Assembly: GCA_037189525.1 (NCBI GenBank)
Contig: JBBCJC010000005.1
Span: forward strand, 832,001-896,000
Reading direction: 5' to 3'
DNA from: Gemmatimonadales bacterium
GTDB lineage: Bacteria; Gemmatimonadota; Gemmatimonadetes; Gemmatimonadales; GWC2-71-9
Length of the DNA stretch: 64,000 nt
Below, one piece after another: positions 40,526-49,939 of this stretch. A model generated the notes under the pieces. That model was not told where the DNA came from. It saw only the letters and a program-made list of their open reading frames with translations, and did not search any database. The position numbers and the translations under genes were made by a program. Position 1 is the stretch's first letter, and each line of letters begins with the position of its first letter.

Positions 40526-40720
40526 GTGCTCGGACGTCATCGCGCCGTTCTCAGACGGGTACATCCGCGTGATCTGCGTGAAGCTCAAATCACGCGAACA
40601 ACGTATGGCGTCATGATACGTATCACAGATGCCGGCTATGACCGGATCAACAAACTTACGATGCGATTCAGGCAACCGTCGCATCTGACCGCATATCGGA
40701 AATCGAAGGAGGAGATGTAG
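40526..40720 (+). CDS. Possible small ORF in the islet (64 aa)
   Basis: GAGGAGG before GTG; its stop overlaps the next start by 1 nt; no recognisable family. Confidence 0.3.
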   Translation: MLGRHRAVLRRVHPRDLREAQITRTTYGVMIRITDAGYDRINKLTMRFRQPSHLTAYRKSKEEM

Positions 40721-41043
40721 TGGACGACAACGAACAATCAGATAACTCCCGGACCCCACGGCGACGTCGACGGAGCGCGGAGGTTCCCCGCCCCGATCCG
40801 CGCCCGGGCTCCGCGGTCTGGACCGTATATCTCGTCAATCAGGCCTCCGGCAAAGCCTGGTTCCTTGGGCGTGTAATGGGATCCACCGATACGATCGCGC
40901 TGCGGGCCGCGCGGAAGCGGTGGACGCGATACGCCGAAAGCGTCGGATTGATCGTCCGCCCCCTCACGAATCCGTGGCCGGAGGATCAGCTCGAACGGCG
41001 GGCACTCCCGAAGGGGAAGCCCGCTCGAAAAGACGCGAAATGA
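40720..41043 (+). CDS. Basic hypothetical protein in the islet
   Basis: AAGGAGG RBS; WTVY...FLGRVMG..DTIALRAA core. Confidence 0.6.
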   Translation: MDDNEQSDNSRTPRRRRRSAEVPRPDPRPGSAVWTVYLVNQASGKAWFLGRVMGSTDTIALRAARKRWTRYAESVGLIVRPLTNPWPEDQLERRALPKGKPARKDAK

Positions 41044-41086
41044 CTTTCCGACAGATGACGTTTTCCCGATTCTTGCCTTTTTCTCA

Positions 41087-41116
41087 GTATGTACAGTAAC
41101 ATTGATACGTACATAC
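41087..41116. promoter_or_regulatory. Inverted-repeat operator upstream of the antitoxin
   Basis: GTATGTAC-N14-GTACATAC within an AT-rich promoter-like stretch (TTGCCT...TAACAT). Confidence 0.65.
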
Positions 41117-41130
41117 ACACTGGAGATCAC

Positions 41131-41358
41131 GTGTCGAAAACACAGGATCGTCACCGACGCCGCGCCACCACCAAGGTCTCGAAGACGTATCGGCTTACTC
41201 CAGCCAAACTCGCGGCGGCCCAAAAAATTCTGGGCACCAGCACCGCCACCGAAACCATCGAGACTGCCCTCGATATGGTCGTCTTTCGGCAGGAGTTGCT
41301 CGACAGCACCCGGGCCCTCTTCGGCCTGGAGATCGCCTCCCCCGATTCCGCCCCATGA
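41131..41358 (+). CDS. vapB: VapB-like antitoxin (ribbon-helix-helix type)
   Basis: GGAG RBS; KTYRL..KLAAAQKILGTSTATETIETALD; ATGA overlap with the PIN gene. Confidence 0.75.
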   Translation: MSKTQDRHRRRATTKVSKTYRLTPAKLAAAQKILGTSTATETIETALDMVVFRQELLDSTRALFGLEIASPDSAP

Positions 41359-41819
41359 CGAGCGTTCGCGAGCGGCGTTATGCGGTGGACACCAACCTCT
41401 TCATCCGAGGCTACCGTACAGAGGCCGATCGGGGTGCCTTGGAAGCATTCCTCCAGGCCTTTGCTCCCTTCTGCTACCTCCCAGCCATTGTTGCGCAAGA
41501 ACTCCTCGCCGGCGTCCGAACCGCCGCCGAGGAACGGGCACTGGACCGGCACCTGATCGGCCGCTTTGAACGGCGTGGCCGGTTACTAGCACCGTCGGCG
41601 GCGGCATGGCTCGAGTCCGGCCGGGTGTTGCGAGCGTTGGCCCAAGCCGAGACCGTATCGCTCGCAGGAATGACGAAAGCTATTGGTAGTGACGTTATGC
41701 TTGCGGTGACGTGTCGTGAGCACGGAGTCTGTCTCGTTACCGAGAACGTACGCGATTTCGCGCGGATCCGCCGGCACCTGCAGTTCGACTACACGGCGCC
41801 GTGGCCGACGCCTGCCTGA
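41355..41819 (+). CDS. vapC: PIN-domain toxin (VapC family)
   Basis: VDTNLFI, VAQELLAG, DVMLA, LVTENVRDF: acidic active-site residues present. Confidence 0.9.
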   Translation: MTSVRERRYAVDTNLFIRGYRTEADRGALEAFLQAFAPFCYLPAIVAQELLAGVRTAAEERALDRHLIGRFERRGRLLAPSAAAWLESGRVLRALAQAETVSLAGMTKAIGSDVMLAVTCREHGVCLVTENVRDFARIRRHLQFDYTAPWPTPA

Positions 41820-41896
41820 GGCTCGTCACCCGTCTAATACGGGATCCTCTAGGGGATCCTCGAAACATGATGAGATGATGCGAATGACGGAGAGAG

Positions 41897-41968
41897 TGAG
41901 GGCGCTGGGACTCGAACCCAGAACCTACGGATTAAAAGTCCGGTGCTCTACCATTGAGCTACGCCCCC
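41897..41968 (-). tRNA. tRNA-Lys (TTT)
   Basis: GGGGGCGTAGCTCAATGGTAGAGCACCGGACT-TTT-AATCCGTAGGTTCTGGGTTCGAGTCCCAGCGCCCTCA cloverleaf. Confidence 0.95.
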
Positions 41969-42064
41969 GACCGGAACCAAGATAATCGGGCGGCCGCCGG
42001 TCTGACCATCTGACCCGGCGGCCTGCCCATCCCCCCTGACGCCCCCACTTCCGAGAGCGGCCGC

Positions 42065-42868
42065 TCAGCGCTGCCCGAAAACCTCGCTGAACATCCGCAG
42101 CATGGCCGCCCAGGATTCGCGGTCGGCGGTCGCATCATAGGCCAGGCCATCCATCCCGAAACTGCCGGCATCGGGATTGGTGAAGCCGTGTTTGACACCC
42201 TCGTAGTTGATGACCTCGAACCGGGCCCCAGCGGCCGCCAGCTGCGCCGAGAAGGACTGCACCGTGTCGGGCGGCACCATCGGATCGGCGGCGCCGTTGA
42301 GCACCAGGATCCGGGCTTTGACGGCGCCGGAGTCGACCGGCGGACTGGTCAGCAACGCCCCGTGAAAACTCGCGACGGCATCGAGATCGGCGCCGGCACG
42401 CGCCGCGCCGAGCACCACGGCGCCGCCGAAGCAGTAGCCGATGGCGCCCGTGCGCGTGGAATCGACGTGCGAGTCCTGTTTGAGCACGTCGAGTGCGGCG
42501 GCAAACCGCGCGGCTACCGCAGCCGGGTCGCTCATCGCGGCCATCATGAAGCCCTGCGCCGAATCCGGATGGGTGGTCGAGCGGCCATCGCCGTACATAT
42601 CGACCGCAAAGCCGACGTAGCCCGCTTCCGCGAGCCGGCGCGCCTGGTTGCGCGCATGTTCGTTGTGGCCCCACCACTCGTGCACCACGAGCACACCCGG
42701 GCGCCGATCGGTCCGAGCGGCATCGTAGGCGATGAACCCCTTCAGGGTGGTGCCACCCTGCTGATACTCGACTTCGCGGGTTTGAATGTCCGGACCGGCC
42801 GGGGGCTCGGAGCGGCCACACGCTGCGGCAAGAACCACTACGGCAAGCAGATTACGACGCAGGAACAT
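42065..42868 (-). CDS. Dienelactone hydrolase family lipoprotein
   Basis: Lipobox AACG, VHEWWG, GYCFGG, HGFTNP. Confidence 0.92.
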   Translation of the reverse strand: MFLRRNLLAVVVLAAACGRSEPPAGPDIQTREVEYQQGGTTLKGFIAYDAARTDRRPGVLVVHEWWGHNEHARNQARRLAEAGYVGFAVDMYGDGRSTTHPDSAQGFMMAAMSDPAAVAARFAAALDVLKQDSHVDSTRTGAIGYCFGGAVVLGAARAGADLDAVASFHGALLTSPPVDSGAVKARILVLNGAADPMVPPDTVQSFSAQLAAAGARFEVINYEGVKHGFTNPDAGSFGMDGLAYDATADRESWAAMLRMFSEVFGQR

Positions 42869-42991
42869 CGGCAAGGACCTCGAAGCAGGAGTATCGGGAC
42901 AATCTATCGCGCGAACCGCCGGCGGGCGATGTGGCGTCAGGCGGATCGAAAAACGTCCCCCGAGGAGCACGTCAAACCAGCGGGAGGAAGC

Positions 42992-43390
42992 ATGAGCTTG
43001 CCCATTCGACTCGTCGTGACCCTGGCCGGAGCCGCCCTCGCCGGTGGGTGCCTCCTGGCCGCCGCAGGCGCGGGCGCAGGCGGCGCCGTCTATGTCAGCG
43101 AACGCGGCGTCGAGTCCACCATGGCCGCGTCTCCCGATCGGGCCCTGGTGGCTGCGCGGGCGGCCTTTCAGGCATACGACATCCGGGAAACCAAGACCAG
43201 CACCGAACAGGACGGGGCCGTGAGCAAGCGGACCCTCGAAGGCGCCACCGACGACCGCGAGGTGACGGTCTCGATCCGGACCGAGGGCAACGGGTCCCGG
43301 GTCGTGGTGGTCGCCGCCAAGACCAAAGTGACCTGGGACAAGGACTTTGCCCGGGCCATCCTCGAACGGATCAGCTCGGAGGTTCGCTAG
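42992..43390 (+). CDS. DUF3568-like lipoprotein
   Basis: GGAGG RBS, LAGGC lipobox then AAAGAGAGGAVY. Confidence 0.7.
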   Translation: MSLPIRLVVTLAGAALAGGCLLAAAGAGAGGAVYVSERGVESTMAASPDRALVAARAAFQAYDIRETKTSTEQDGAVSKRTLEGATDDREVTVSIRTEGNGSRVVVVAAKTKVTWDKDFARAILERISSEVR

Positions 43391-44461
43391 CTACGGATTA
43401 CGGAACAGCTGGAGGATCTGGCCCGCCAGCGGCTCGAGCCCCCGATGATTGGCATTGCTGAGGATGGCCACGGCCAACCCGAGTTCCGGCACCACCAGCA
43501 GCTGCGCAGAGGCGCCCACGTGTGACCCGCCGTGGCCCACGGCCCGCCGGCCGTCGAGCGTCGTGACCCGCCAGCCGAGACCATAGTCGGTCGACTTCCC
43601 CGCCGCCGTGGTCATCGGCGTGAAGAGCAGGTCGCGGCCCCGATCCGTCACGACCCGGCCGGTCAGGACGCCGTGAGCAAACCGGGTCAGATCATCGGCG
43701 GTCGAGAGAAAGCCGCCGCCGGCCCAGACGTCGCTGTTGTCGACCGCCGGACCATTGGAGACGACACCGAGAGAGTCCGCCAGGTAGAACGCGGTGCGGC
43801 CGGGGATGATCCTGGCATAGTGATCGGCAATCGTTTCCGTCATCCCGAACGGATCGAACACCCGCCGCTGCATCTCACCCAGGAACTCGGCGCCCGCCGC
43901 CCCCTCGACCACCGCCGAGATCAGATTCCACCCGAAGCTCGAATAGGCATACCGCTCGCCGGGCACGAACAAGAGCGGGCGATCCCGAAACTTGTCGAGC
44001 GCCGCCGTGACCGTGGGATAGTGCACCGTGTTGACCACATCGGCCGCGGTATAGTGGGGGATACCCGAGAGATGCCCCGCCAGCTGGCGCGTCGATATCG
44101 GGTGCCCCTTATCGGGAAAACTCGGCACATAGCGCTGGACCGGCGCATCGAGATCGAGCTTGCCCTCCTGCCACAGCGCAGCAACCGCTATCGAGGTCAG
44201 GGTTTTCGAGATGCTGCCGATCCGGAACCTGGTCCGCGGCGTGGCCGGCGCGCTCAGTTCGAGATTGGCCATCCCGAACCCTTCCGACCAGAGGATGGTA
44301 CCATGACGCGCCACTGCGATACTCGCGCCGGGCACATGATAGCGCGCCAGGTGAGCACGGAAGAGCGTCCGCGCCGAATCGACGGCCGGGGTCTGCGCGT
44401 GCAGGGCGCCGGCCAGCAGGGCAACAGCCAGCAGGGCAGATCGGATCGCACCAGTCAGCAT
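43391..44461 (-). CDS. Serine hydrolase (beta-lactamase family)
   Basis: FRIGSISK, YSS, WAGGG, HGG. Confidence 0.9.
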   Translation of the reverse strand: MLTGAIRSALLAVALLAGALHAQTPAVDSARTLFRAHLARYHVPGASIAVARHGTILWSEGFGMANLELSAPATPRTRFRIGSISKTLTSIAVAALWQEGKLDLDAPVQRYVPSFPDKGHPISTRQLAGHLSGIPHYTAADVVNTVHYPTVTAALDKFRDRPLLFVPGERYAYSSFGWNLISAVVEGAAGAEFLGEMQRRVFDPFGMTETIADHYARIIPGRTAFYLADSLGVVSNGPAVDNSDVWAGGGFLSTADDLTRFAHGVLTGRVVTDRGRDLLFTPMTTAAGKSTDYGLGWRVTTLDGRRAVGHGGSHVGASAQLLVVPELGLAVAILSNANHRGLEPLAGQILQLFRNP

Positions 44462-44472
44462 GGCAAGCCTGT

Positions 44473-45111
44473 TCAGAGTTCGAGACCCAGTTGCATTACG
44501 GGCATGAAGGTTCGGCGATGATGCGAAGTCGGGCCGGCCTCTTCGATGGCCTTCCGGTGCCGCTCGGTGCCGTACCCGCGATTGCTTTCCCAATGATAGG
44601 CCGGATGCCGTGCGCCGAGGCTGACCATGAGGCGATCACGTACGGTCTTGGCAATGATACCGGCCGCGGCAATCGAGAGGCAGAGGGCGTCGCCGTCGAC
44701 GATGGCATCGTGATCGAGCCCCAGATCGGGCATGGCCAGACCATCGAGCACCACCTGATACGGCCGGCCAACCGGGAGCGCAGGAATGGCGCGACGGACC
44801 GCGCGCCGCATGGCGAGCACCGTCGCCCGCCGAATGTTGAGCCGATCGATTTCACGGACCGATGCAGCGCCGACGCCGATCGCGACGGCGTGCTGACGAA
44901 CCAATTCCGCTGCGACATCGCGCTTGGCTTCGGCCAGCGTCTTACTGTCGCGGATCCGGCGGAAGCGGGTCACCCCTTCCGGAAACACCACGGCCGCAGC
45001 CACCACTGGACCAGCCAGGGGACCGCGGCCTGCTTCATCGACGCCGATCAGAAGCCCGCCCGCCTGCCAGGCGAGCCGCTCGCGTTCCAGCGAAGGCACC
45101 TTGCCGGCCAT
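44473..45111 (-). CDS. rnhB: Ribonuclease HII
   Basis: GVDEAGRGPLAGPV, DSK, AKTVRD, HRRTF. Confidence 0.95.
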   Translation of the reverse strand: MAGKVPSLERERLAWQAGGLLIGVDEAGRGPLAGPVVAAAVVFPEGVTRFRRIRDSKTLAEAKRDVAAELVRQHAVAIGVGAASVREIDRLNIRRATVLAMRRAVRRAIPALPVGRPYQVVLDGLAMPDLGLDHDAIVDGDALCLSIAAAGIIAKTVRDRLMVSLGARHPAYHWESNRGYGTERHRKAIEEAGPTSHHRRTFMPVMQLGLEL

Positions 45112-45198
45112 CAGCGCTCCGGGAGGCCCGGGACCAATGCCCCGGGAAGATCGACTGTCAGCCGGGCGACGAGGCCGCCGCCCGGGCGTTCGAACGAC

Positions 45199-45573
45199 TT
45201 ACGCCTTCTCGCCCTTGCCCGTGTGCGTCGGGTCGCGACGCTCACGGATCCGCGCGCCCTTACCGCTCAGGTTGCGCAGGTAGTAGAGCTTGGCGCGCCG
45301 CACCCGGCCCCGCCGGATCACGGTGATCGACGCGATGATCGGGCTGTGGAGCGGGAAGATGCGCTCGACCCCGACCGACGCGGAGACCTTCCGCACCGTG
45401 AAGGTTTCGTCGATGCCGCCGCCCTTACGCCCGAGGCAGACACCCTCGAACGCCTGCAGTCGCTCCTTGTCGCCTTCGCGGACACGGACCATCACCTTCA
45501 CCGTGTCTCCTGGCGCAAAGGTCGGGATATCGGTCTTGAGACCTTCCCGGGTAAGCGTCGAAAGTTCCGTCAT
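45199..45573 (-). CDS. rplS: 50S ribosomal protein L19
   Basis: [29 protein letters not shown]. Confidence 0.98.
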   Translation of the reverse strand: MTELSTLTREGLKTDIPTFAPGDTVKVMVRVREGDKERLQAFEGVCLGRKGGGIDETFTVRKVSASVGVERIFPLHSPIIASITVIRRGRVRRAKLYYLRNLSGKGARIRERRDPTHTGKGEKA

Positions 45574-45604
45574 GGCCCCTGCTCCTTGAATAGCGAGACG
45601 TCCC

Positions 45605-46327
45605 TCACGTCTCTGTGTCGTGTTCCCGTTTCCAGACAGCCCAGAGATCGGGCCGCCGCGCCGAGGTCAACCGCTCGGCTTCCTGCTGTCTCCACGCCGC
45701 AATTTCGGCGTGATTACCCGACCTGAGCACCGCCGGCACCGCCATCCCCCGGAACTCCGGCGGGCGGGTGTAACTGGGCGGACTCAACAACCCGTCGTAG
45801 AACGAGTCGGAACTGGCCGACTCATGGTCTCCCAGCGCACCCGGGAGCAACCGTACCACCGCATCGATCAGACACAGCGCGGCCGGCTCTCCCCCCGACA
45901 GAATGAAATCGCCGATGCAGACTTCCTCGGCGTTCAGTCCGTCGACGATGCGCTGGTCCAGGTCCTTGTAGTGACCCGCAATCAGCGTCAGCACCGGCGC
46001 CAGCGAGTAGCGCACCACCGCGTCGTGCCTGAGTGGTGTGCCGCGCGCCGACATCACCAGCACCCGACCGGGGTCGCCTAACGACTCGACCGCCGCGAAC
46101 ACCACATCGGGCTTGATCACCATCCCGGCGCCGCCCCCGTAGGGCGTGTCGTCGACCGTCCGATGGCGATCGGTGGCAAAGTCCCTGAGCTGCACCAGCC
46201 GGAACTCCACCAGCCCCCGCTCCACTGCCCGGGCCGGAATGCTGGCCGCCAGGTACGGCGCCATCACCTCCGGAAAGAGCGAGACGACATTGATCCTGAC
46301 GCGGGGCGGTCGCTCCGCCTCACTCAT
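45605..46327 (-). CDS. trmD: tRNA (guanine-N1)-methyltransferase
   Basis: [31 protein letters not shown]. Confidence 0.96.
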   Translation of the reverse strand: MSEAERPPRVRINVVSLFPEVMAPYLAASIPARAVERGLVEFRLVQLRDFATDRHRTVDDTPYGGGAGMVIKPDVVFAAVESLGDPGRVLVMSARGTPLRHDAVVRYSLAPVLTLIAGHYKDLDQRIVDGLNAEEVCIGDFILSGGEPAALCLIDAVVRLLPGALGDHESASSDSFYDGLLSPPSYTRPPEFRGMAVPAVLRSGNHAEIAAWRQQEAERLTSARRPDLWAVWKREHDTET

Positions 46328-46853
46328 CGATCAGGCCTTCGGGCGCATCGAGCACCAGCCGGCGCGCCTCTCGCTCCACCAGGACCACGAATTCCTTCCG
46401 AAACGGCACCAGGAACTCGCGTTTCTTGCCCTGCACTTCCAGCATCAACCCGGTCGGATACTCCTCGACCGAGGTCACCACGCCGAGCGGATTGCCCGCC
46501 GGGTCCTGCACCGCGAACCCGGCAAGTTCGTGGAGGTAGACCTCCCCCTCCGCCGGCGGCGTCAGCGTCTCGGCCGGCGCGGAGAGGAGATAGTCCCGCC
46601 ACCCCTCGATGGCCGCCCGATCTTCGTACCCGACGAAGGTCAGGAGCACCTCGCGGTGATAGATCCGGCTCCGCCCGATTTCGAGCGGCCCTGCGACCTG
46701 CTCACCGGCCAGACTGGTGACCCAGACGGACCGCCCCGGCGCAAAGACCGATTGCGGATCGTCCGTGAGCGGAAAGACCGCGCACTCGCCCTTGAGTCCG
46801 TGCGGCTTCCGCAACCGTCCCACCACCAGGTGGCGGGGCGGCAGATCCGTCAC
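46320..46853 (-). CDS. rimM: 16S rRNA processing protein RimM
   Basis: VGRLRKPHGLKGE, EVYLHELAG, LVPF; between rpsP and trmD. Confidence 0.94.
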   Translation of the reverse strand: MTDLPPRHLVVGRLRKPHGLKGECAVFPLTDDPQSVFAPGRSVWVTSLAGEQVAGPLEIGRSRIYHREVLLTFVGYEDRAAIEGWRDYLLSAPAETLTPPAEGEVYLHELAGFAVQDPAGNPLGVVTSVEEYPTGLMLEVQGKKREFLVPFRKEFVVLVEREARRLVLDAPEGLIDE

Positions 46854-47098
46854 GCCGTGACGCCCGCCTTCTTGAGCAGCGTTCCGACGGTATCCGACGG
46901 CGTCGCGCCCTTCCCGACCCATTCCTTGGCCGCTTCGACGTCGATCTGGAGCTGCTTGTCGGCTTCGGCGCGCGGATTGTAGGTGCCCAGGATGGCGATG
47001 AAACGGCCATCGCGCGGCTTGGTCTTCTCGGCCACGACGATCCGATAGATCGGGAGCTTTTTCCGCCCGACGCGGCGAAGACGAATACGAGTTGCCAC
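46850..47098 (-). CDS. rpsP: 30S ribosomal protein S16
   Basis: RIRLRRVG, YRIVVA, RDGRFI, GATPSDTV. Confidence 0.97.
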   Translation of the reverse strand: MATRIRLRRVGRKKLPIYRIVVAEKTKPRDGRFIAILGTYNPRAEADKQLQIDVEAAKEWVGKGATPSDTVGTLLKKAGVTA

Positions 47099-47159
47099 AA
47101 ATACTCCTTAGATGATCGTGAGGGTAGAGGTTCCGACCTCACCCGACCTGCCGTTTACC

Positions 47160-48506
47160 TCAACCCCGCCTGCCCGGGAAGACCGCACCCCCGCCGCCGA
47201 ACGGCAGCTTGGCGCCATGCTTCCCGCCCTTCATCAGCTTCTGCATCTGCTTGAATTGATTCAGCAGCTGATTGACTTCCTGCACCGTTCGACCGGACCC
47301 CTTGGCCACGCGCAGCCGGCGCGAGCCGTTCATCAGATCCGGGTCGGCGCGTTCCTTGGTCGTCATCGACAACACGATCGCCTCGACGTGCTTGATCCGA
47401 TTGTCATCGACGTTGGCCGACTTGAGCATCTGCGAGTTCACGCCCGGCAGCATGCCCAACACGTTCTTGAGCGGCCCCATCTTCTGCATCTGCTTCATGG
47501 CGGTGAGGAAGTCCTGGAGATCCAGGCCTTTCTTCGACATCGCCTTCTTGGCCAGCTTCTCGGCTTCTTTTTCGTCGATCGCGCCCTGGGCTTTTTCGAC
47601 CAGGCTGAGCACGTCGCCCTGCTGGAGGATCCGGCCCGCCATCCGCTCGGGATGGAACGGCTCCAGCGCATCGAGGCCTTCACCGACGCCGACATACTTG
47701 ATCGGCGCGTTGGTCACTCCATAGATCGACAGCGCCGCGCCGCCGCGGGAGTCGCCGTCCATCTTGGTCAGCACGACGCCGGTGACACCGAGCGCGTCGT
47801 GGAAACCCTTGGCGATCCGAACCGCATCCTGACCGGTCATGCCGTCGGCTACCAGCAGGATCTCGTGCGGCTTGATGGTGCTCTTGAGCTTGACCAGCTC
47901 GGCCATCATCTCGTCGTCGATCTGCAACCGGCCGGCCGTGTCGACCACGACGGTCCGGGCGCGCGCCTTGCCGGCGGCCTCGATGCCGCGGCGAACGATC
48001 CCGACCACATCGGTCTGGCCCGGCTCGCCGTGGAAGCCGACCCCCACCTGCCGAGCAAGCGTATCGAGCTGCTCGACGGCCGCCGGACGATAGACGTCCG
48101 CAGCAATCAGGAAGGGCGCTTTCTGTTCGAGCTTGAGCCGCTTGGCGAGCTTACCGGCGCTGGTGGTCTTACCGGAACCCTGGAGACCGACGATGAGGAT
48201 GACGGTGGGCGGAACCGAGGCGTAGGCAATGGGCGCTTGCTTCTCACCGAGCATCGCGACCAGTTCGTCATACACGATCTTGACGATCTGCTGGCCGGGC
48301 TTGACCCCCTTCATCTGAACGACGCCGACAGCCTTGTCCTGAACCCGCTCGAGAAACTGGCGGGTCAGCTCGAAGCTCACATCGGCTTCGAGCAGCACCC
48401 GGCGAATTTCCCGGAGGCCCTCTTTGACCGCGTCCTCCGTGAGGACGCCCTTGCCCGCAAGTCGCTTGAGGGCATCGGTCAGTTTGGTAGACAGGTCGTC
48501 GAACAT
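47160..48506 (-). CDS. ffh: Signal recognition particle protein
   Basis: GLQGSGKTT, DTAGR, TKMDGD, RILQQGD, M-domain. Confidence 0.97.
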   Translation of the reverse strand: MFDDLSTKLTDALKRLAGKGVLTEDAVKEGLREIRRVLLEADVSFELTRQFLERVQDKAVGVVQMKGVKPGQQIVKIVYDELVAMLGEKQAPIAYASVPPTVILIVGLQGSGKTTSAGKLAKRLKLEQKAPFLIAADVYRPAAVEQLDTLARQVGVGFHGEPGQTDVVGIVRRGIEAAGKARARTVVVDTAGRLQIDDEMMAELVKLKSTIKPHEILLVADGMTGQDAVRIAKGFHDALGVTGVVLTKMDGDSRGGAALSIYGVTNAPIKYVGVGEGLDALEPFHPERMAGRILQQGDVLSLVEKAQGAIDEKEAEKLAKKAMSKKGLDLQDFLTAMKQMQKMGPLKNVLGMLPGVNSQMLKSANVDDNRIKHVEAIVLSMTTKERADPDLMNGSRRLRVAKGSGRTVQEVNQLLNQFKQMQKLMKGGKHGAKLPFGGGGAVFPGRRG

Positions 48507-48589
48507 AAGCCCTGAAAGATAGCCGACTTACAGGGGGGTCTCAAGACCGGAGGGGGCGGGCCATAGGGTTGGCCCGCGAGCCGGGAGGC

Positions 48590-49939
48590 TCAGGTCAGGC
48601 TGATAATTATGCTTTCGTCGTCCCGGTCGGGGAGGTACACGATCTGTACGGTTTCTCCGACCTGCCACCGGTCTGCCCGATTTCGCGACACCAGCTCGGA
48701 ACTCCGGATCAGCCGACCCTCGACCTCGAACTGGTACCGGACCCGCATGGCCTTGGCACCCATTGAGTTGGTCTCGGAATCCATGGCCAGGATCGTGGCG
48801 TCGGTCGGGATGCCCTTCTGCAGGAACTGCCGGACCCGGTTCCGCTGGGTTCCCACCGCAGAGACGATAATCAGCGGCATGACGCCAAAGGTGACGACCG
48901 AGAGCATGCCGGCCGCCAGGAACGAGACGATCCGGGAGAAGCCGCGTTTGCGCACAAACCCGGAGTCGATCGTGTCCATGAAGCCGGGTGCCAGCTGGTT
49001 GGACAGATCCCGCAACTCCCCATCGAGTTTCCGGGGCCCGGGGGCGAGCGTCAGCCTATGGCCCCGATTCGAAACCGGGCCCAACCCGGCGGCGGGCACT
49101 CGAGGGACCACCGCATGCCCGCGACCAACACCCGCCGGGGTTGCCGGCGTCTGAAACAGCGCGTCTCGCACCTCCCGCGCCGAGGCATACCGGTCCGCGG
49201 GCGACGGCTGGAGCATCCGGGCCATGACCGACCGGAGCGGCTCCCCGCAGGACAGCGCATCCGGCACTTCGATCCGGCCGGCCGGATTGAGGAAGCTGGG
49301 CGGCGCAGACCCGGTGACCAGGTGCAGGAAGGTGGCCGCCAGCGCATACAGATCGCTGCTGGGGGTGGCCTGCCCCATGTACTGCTCGTACGGCATGTAT
49401 CCGTAAGTCCCGGCGATGGTCGATCCGCCGTCGCCCCGGACGACGTTCCGCACGGCGCCGAAGTCCACCAGCACCGGATTGCCGTCCGGGCGAATGATGA
49501 CGTTGGCCGGCTTGATGTCGCGATGCAGGATCGAGGGGATCCGGCTGTGCAGGTAGTCGAGCACGCCCAGCAACTCGACGAAGAGATGCATCACCGCGGG
49601 CCGATCGAGCACCGCGCGCTGCTCGATGCGCTGCGCAATCGACTGGCCGTCGATGAACTCGAGCGCGATGACGTGCACCTGGCGCCCCAGCCAGTCGCCG
49701 CGCACCGTCTCGAAGACCTCTGGAATGCCCTGGTGCCTCAGTGTCTTGAGGACGGCCGCCTCACGCTCGAACAATTCGAACGCTTTCCAGTCCTCCGCCT
49801 GCGTCGGATCGAGAATCTTGAGGGCGACCTGTCTCTCGTTGACCACATCCCTGGCCAGATAGGTGCGCGCAAACGCCCCCTGACCCAACCGACGAACCAC
49901 GTCGTACCGATCGGCAAACCGGGCCGGCCAATCGGTCAT
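48590..49939 (-). CDS. Hanks-type Ser/Thr protein kinase with C-terminal membrane domain
   Basis: LGQGAFA, VALK, HRDIKPAN, DFG, GTYGYMPYEQ. Confidence 0.93.
   Translation of the reverse strand: MTDWPARFADRYDVVRRLGQGAFARTYLARDVVNERQVALKILDPTQAEDWKAFELFEREAAVLKTLRHQGIPEVFETVRGDWLGRQVHVIALEFIDGQSIAQRIEQRAVLDRPAVMHLFVELLGVLDYLHSRIPSILHRDIKPANVIIRPDGNPVLVDFGAVRNVVRGDGGSTIAGTYGYMPYEQYMGQATPSSDLYALAATFLHLVTGSAPPSFLNPAGRIEVPDALSCGEPLRSVMARMLQPSPADRYASAREVRDALFQTPATPAGVGRGHAVVPRVPAAGLGPVSNRGHRLTLAPGPRKLDGELRDLSNQLAPGFMDTIDSGFVRKRGFSRIVSFLAAGMLSVVTFGVMPLIIVSAVGTQRNRVRQFLQKGIPTDATILAMDSETNSMGAKAMRVRYQFEVEGRLIRSSELVSRNRADRWQVGETVQIVYLPDRDDESIIISLT

Larger units (their letters stand above)
40343..41930. 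mobile_element. Small integrase-less genomic islet at tRNA-Lys
   Basis: Bounded by tRNA-Lys and its 3' duplicate; visibly more AT-rich; carries a TA pair and hypothetical ORFs. Confidence 0.75.

Noticed and set aside
31841..44461. Two SxxK serine hydrolases as antibiotic-resistance beta-lactamases
   Set aside because: Generic AmpC-fold hydrolases; sequence alone does not support a resistance call
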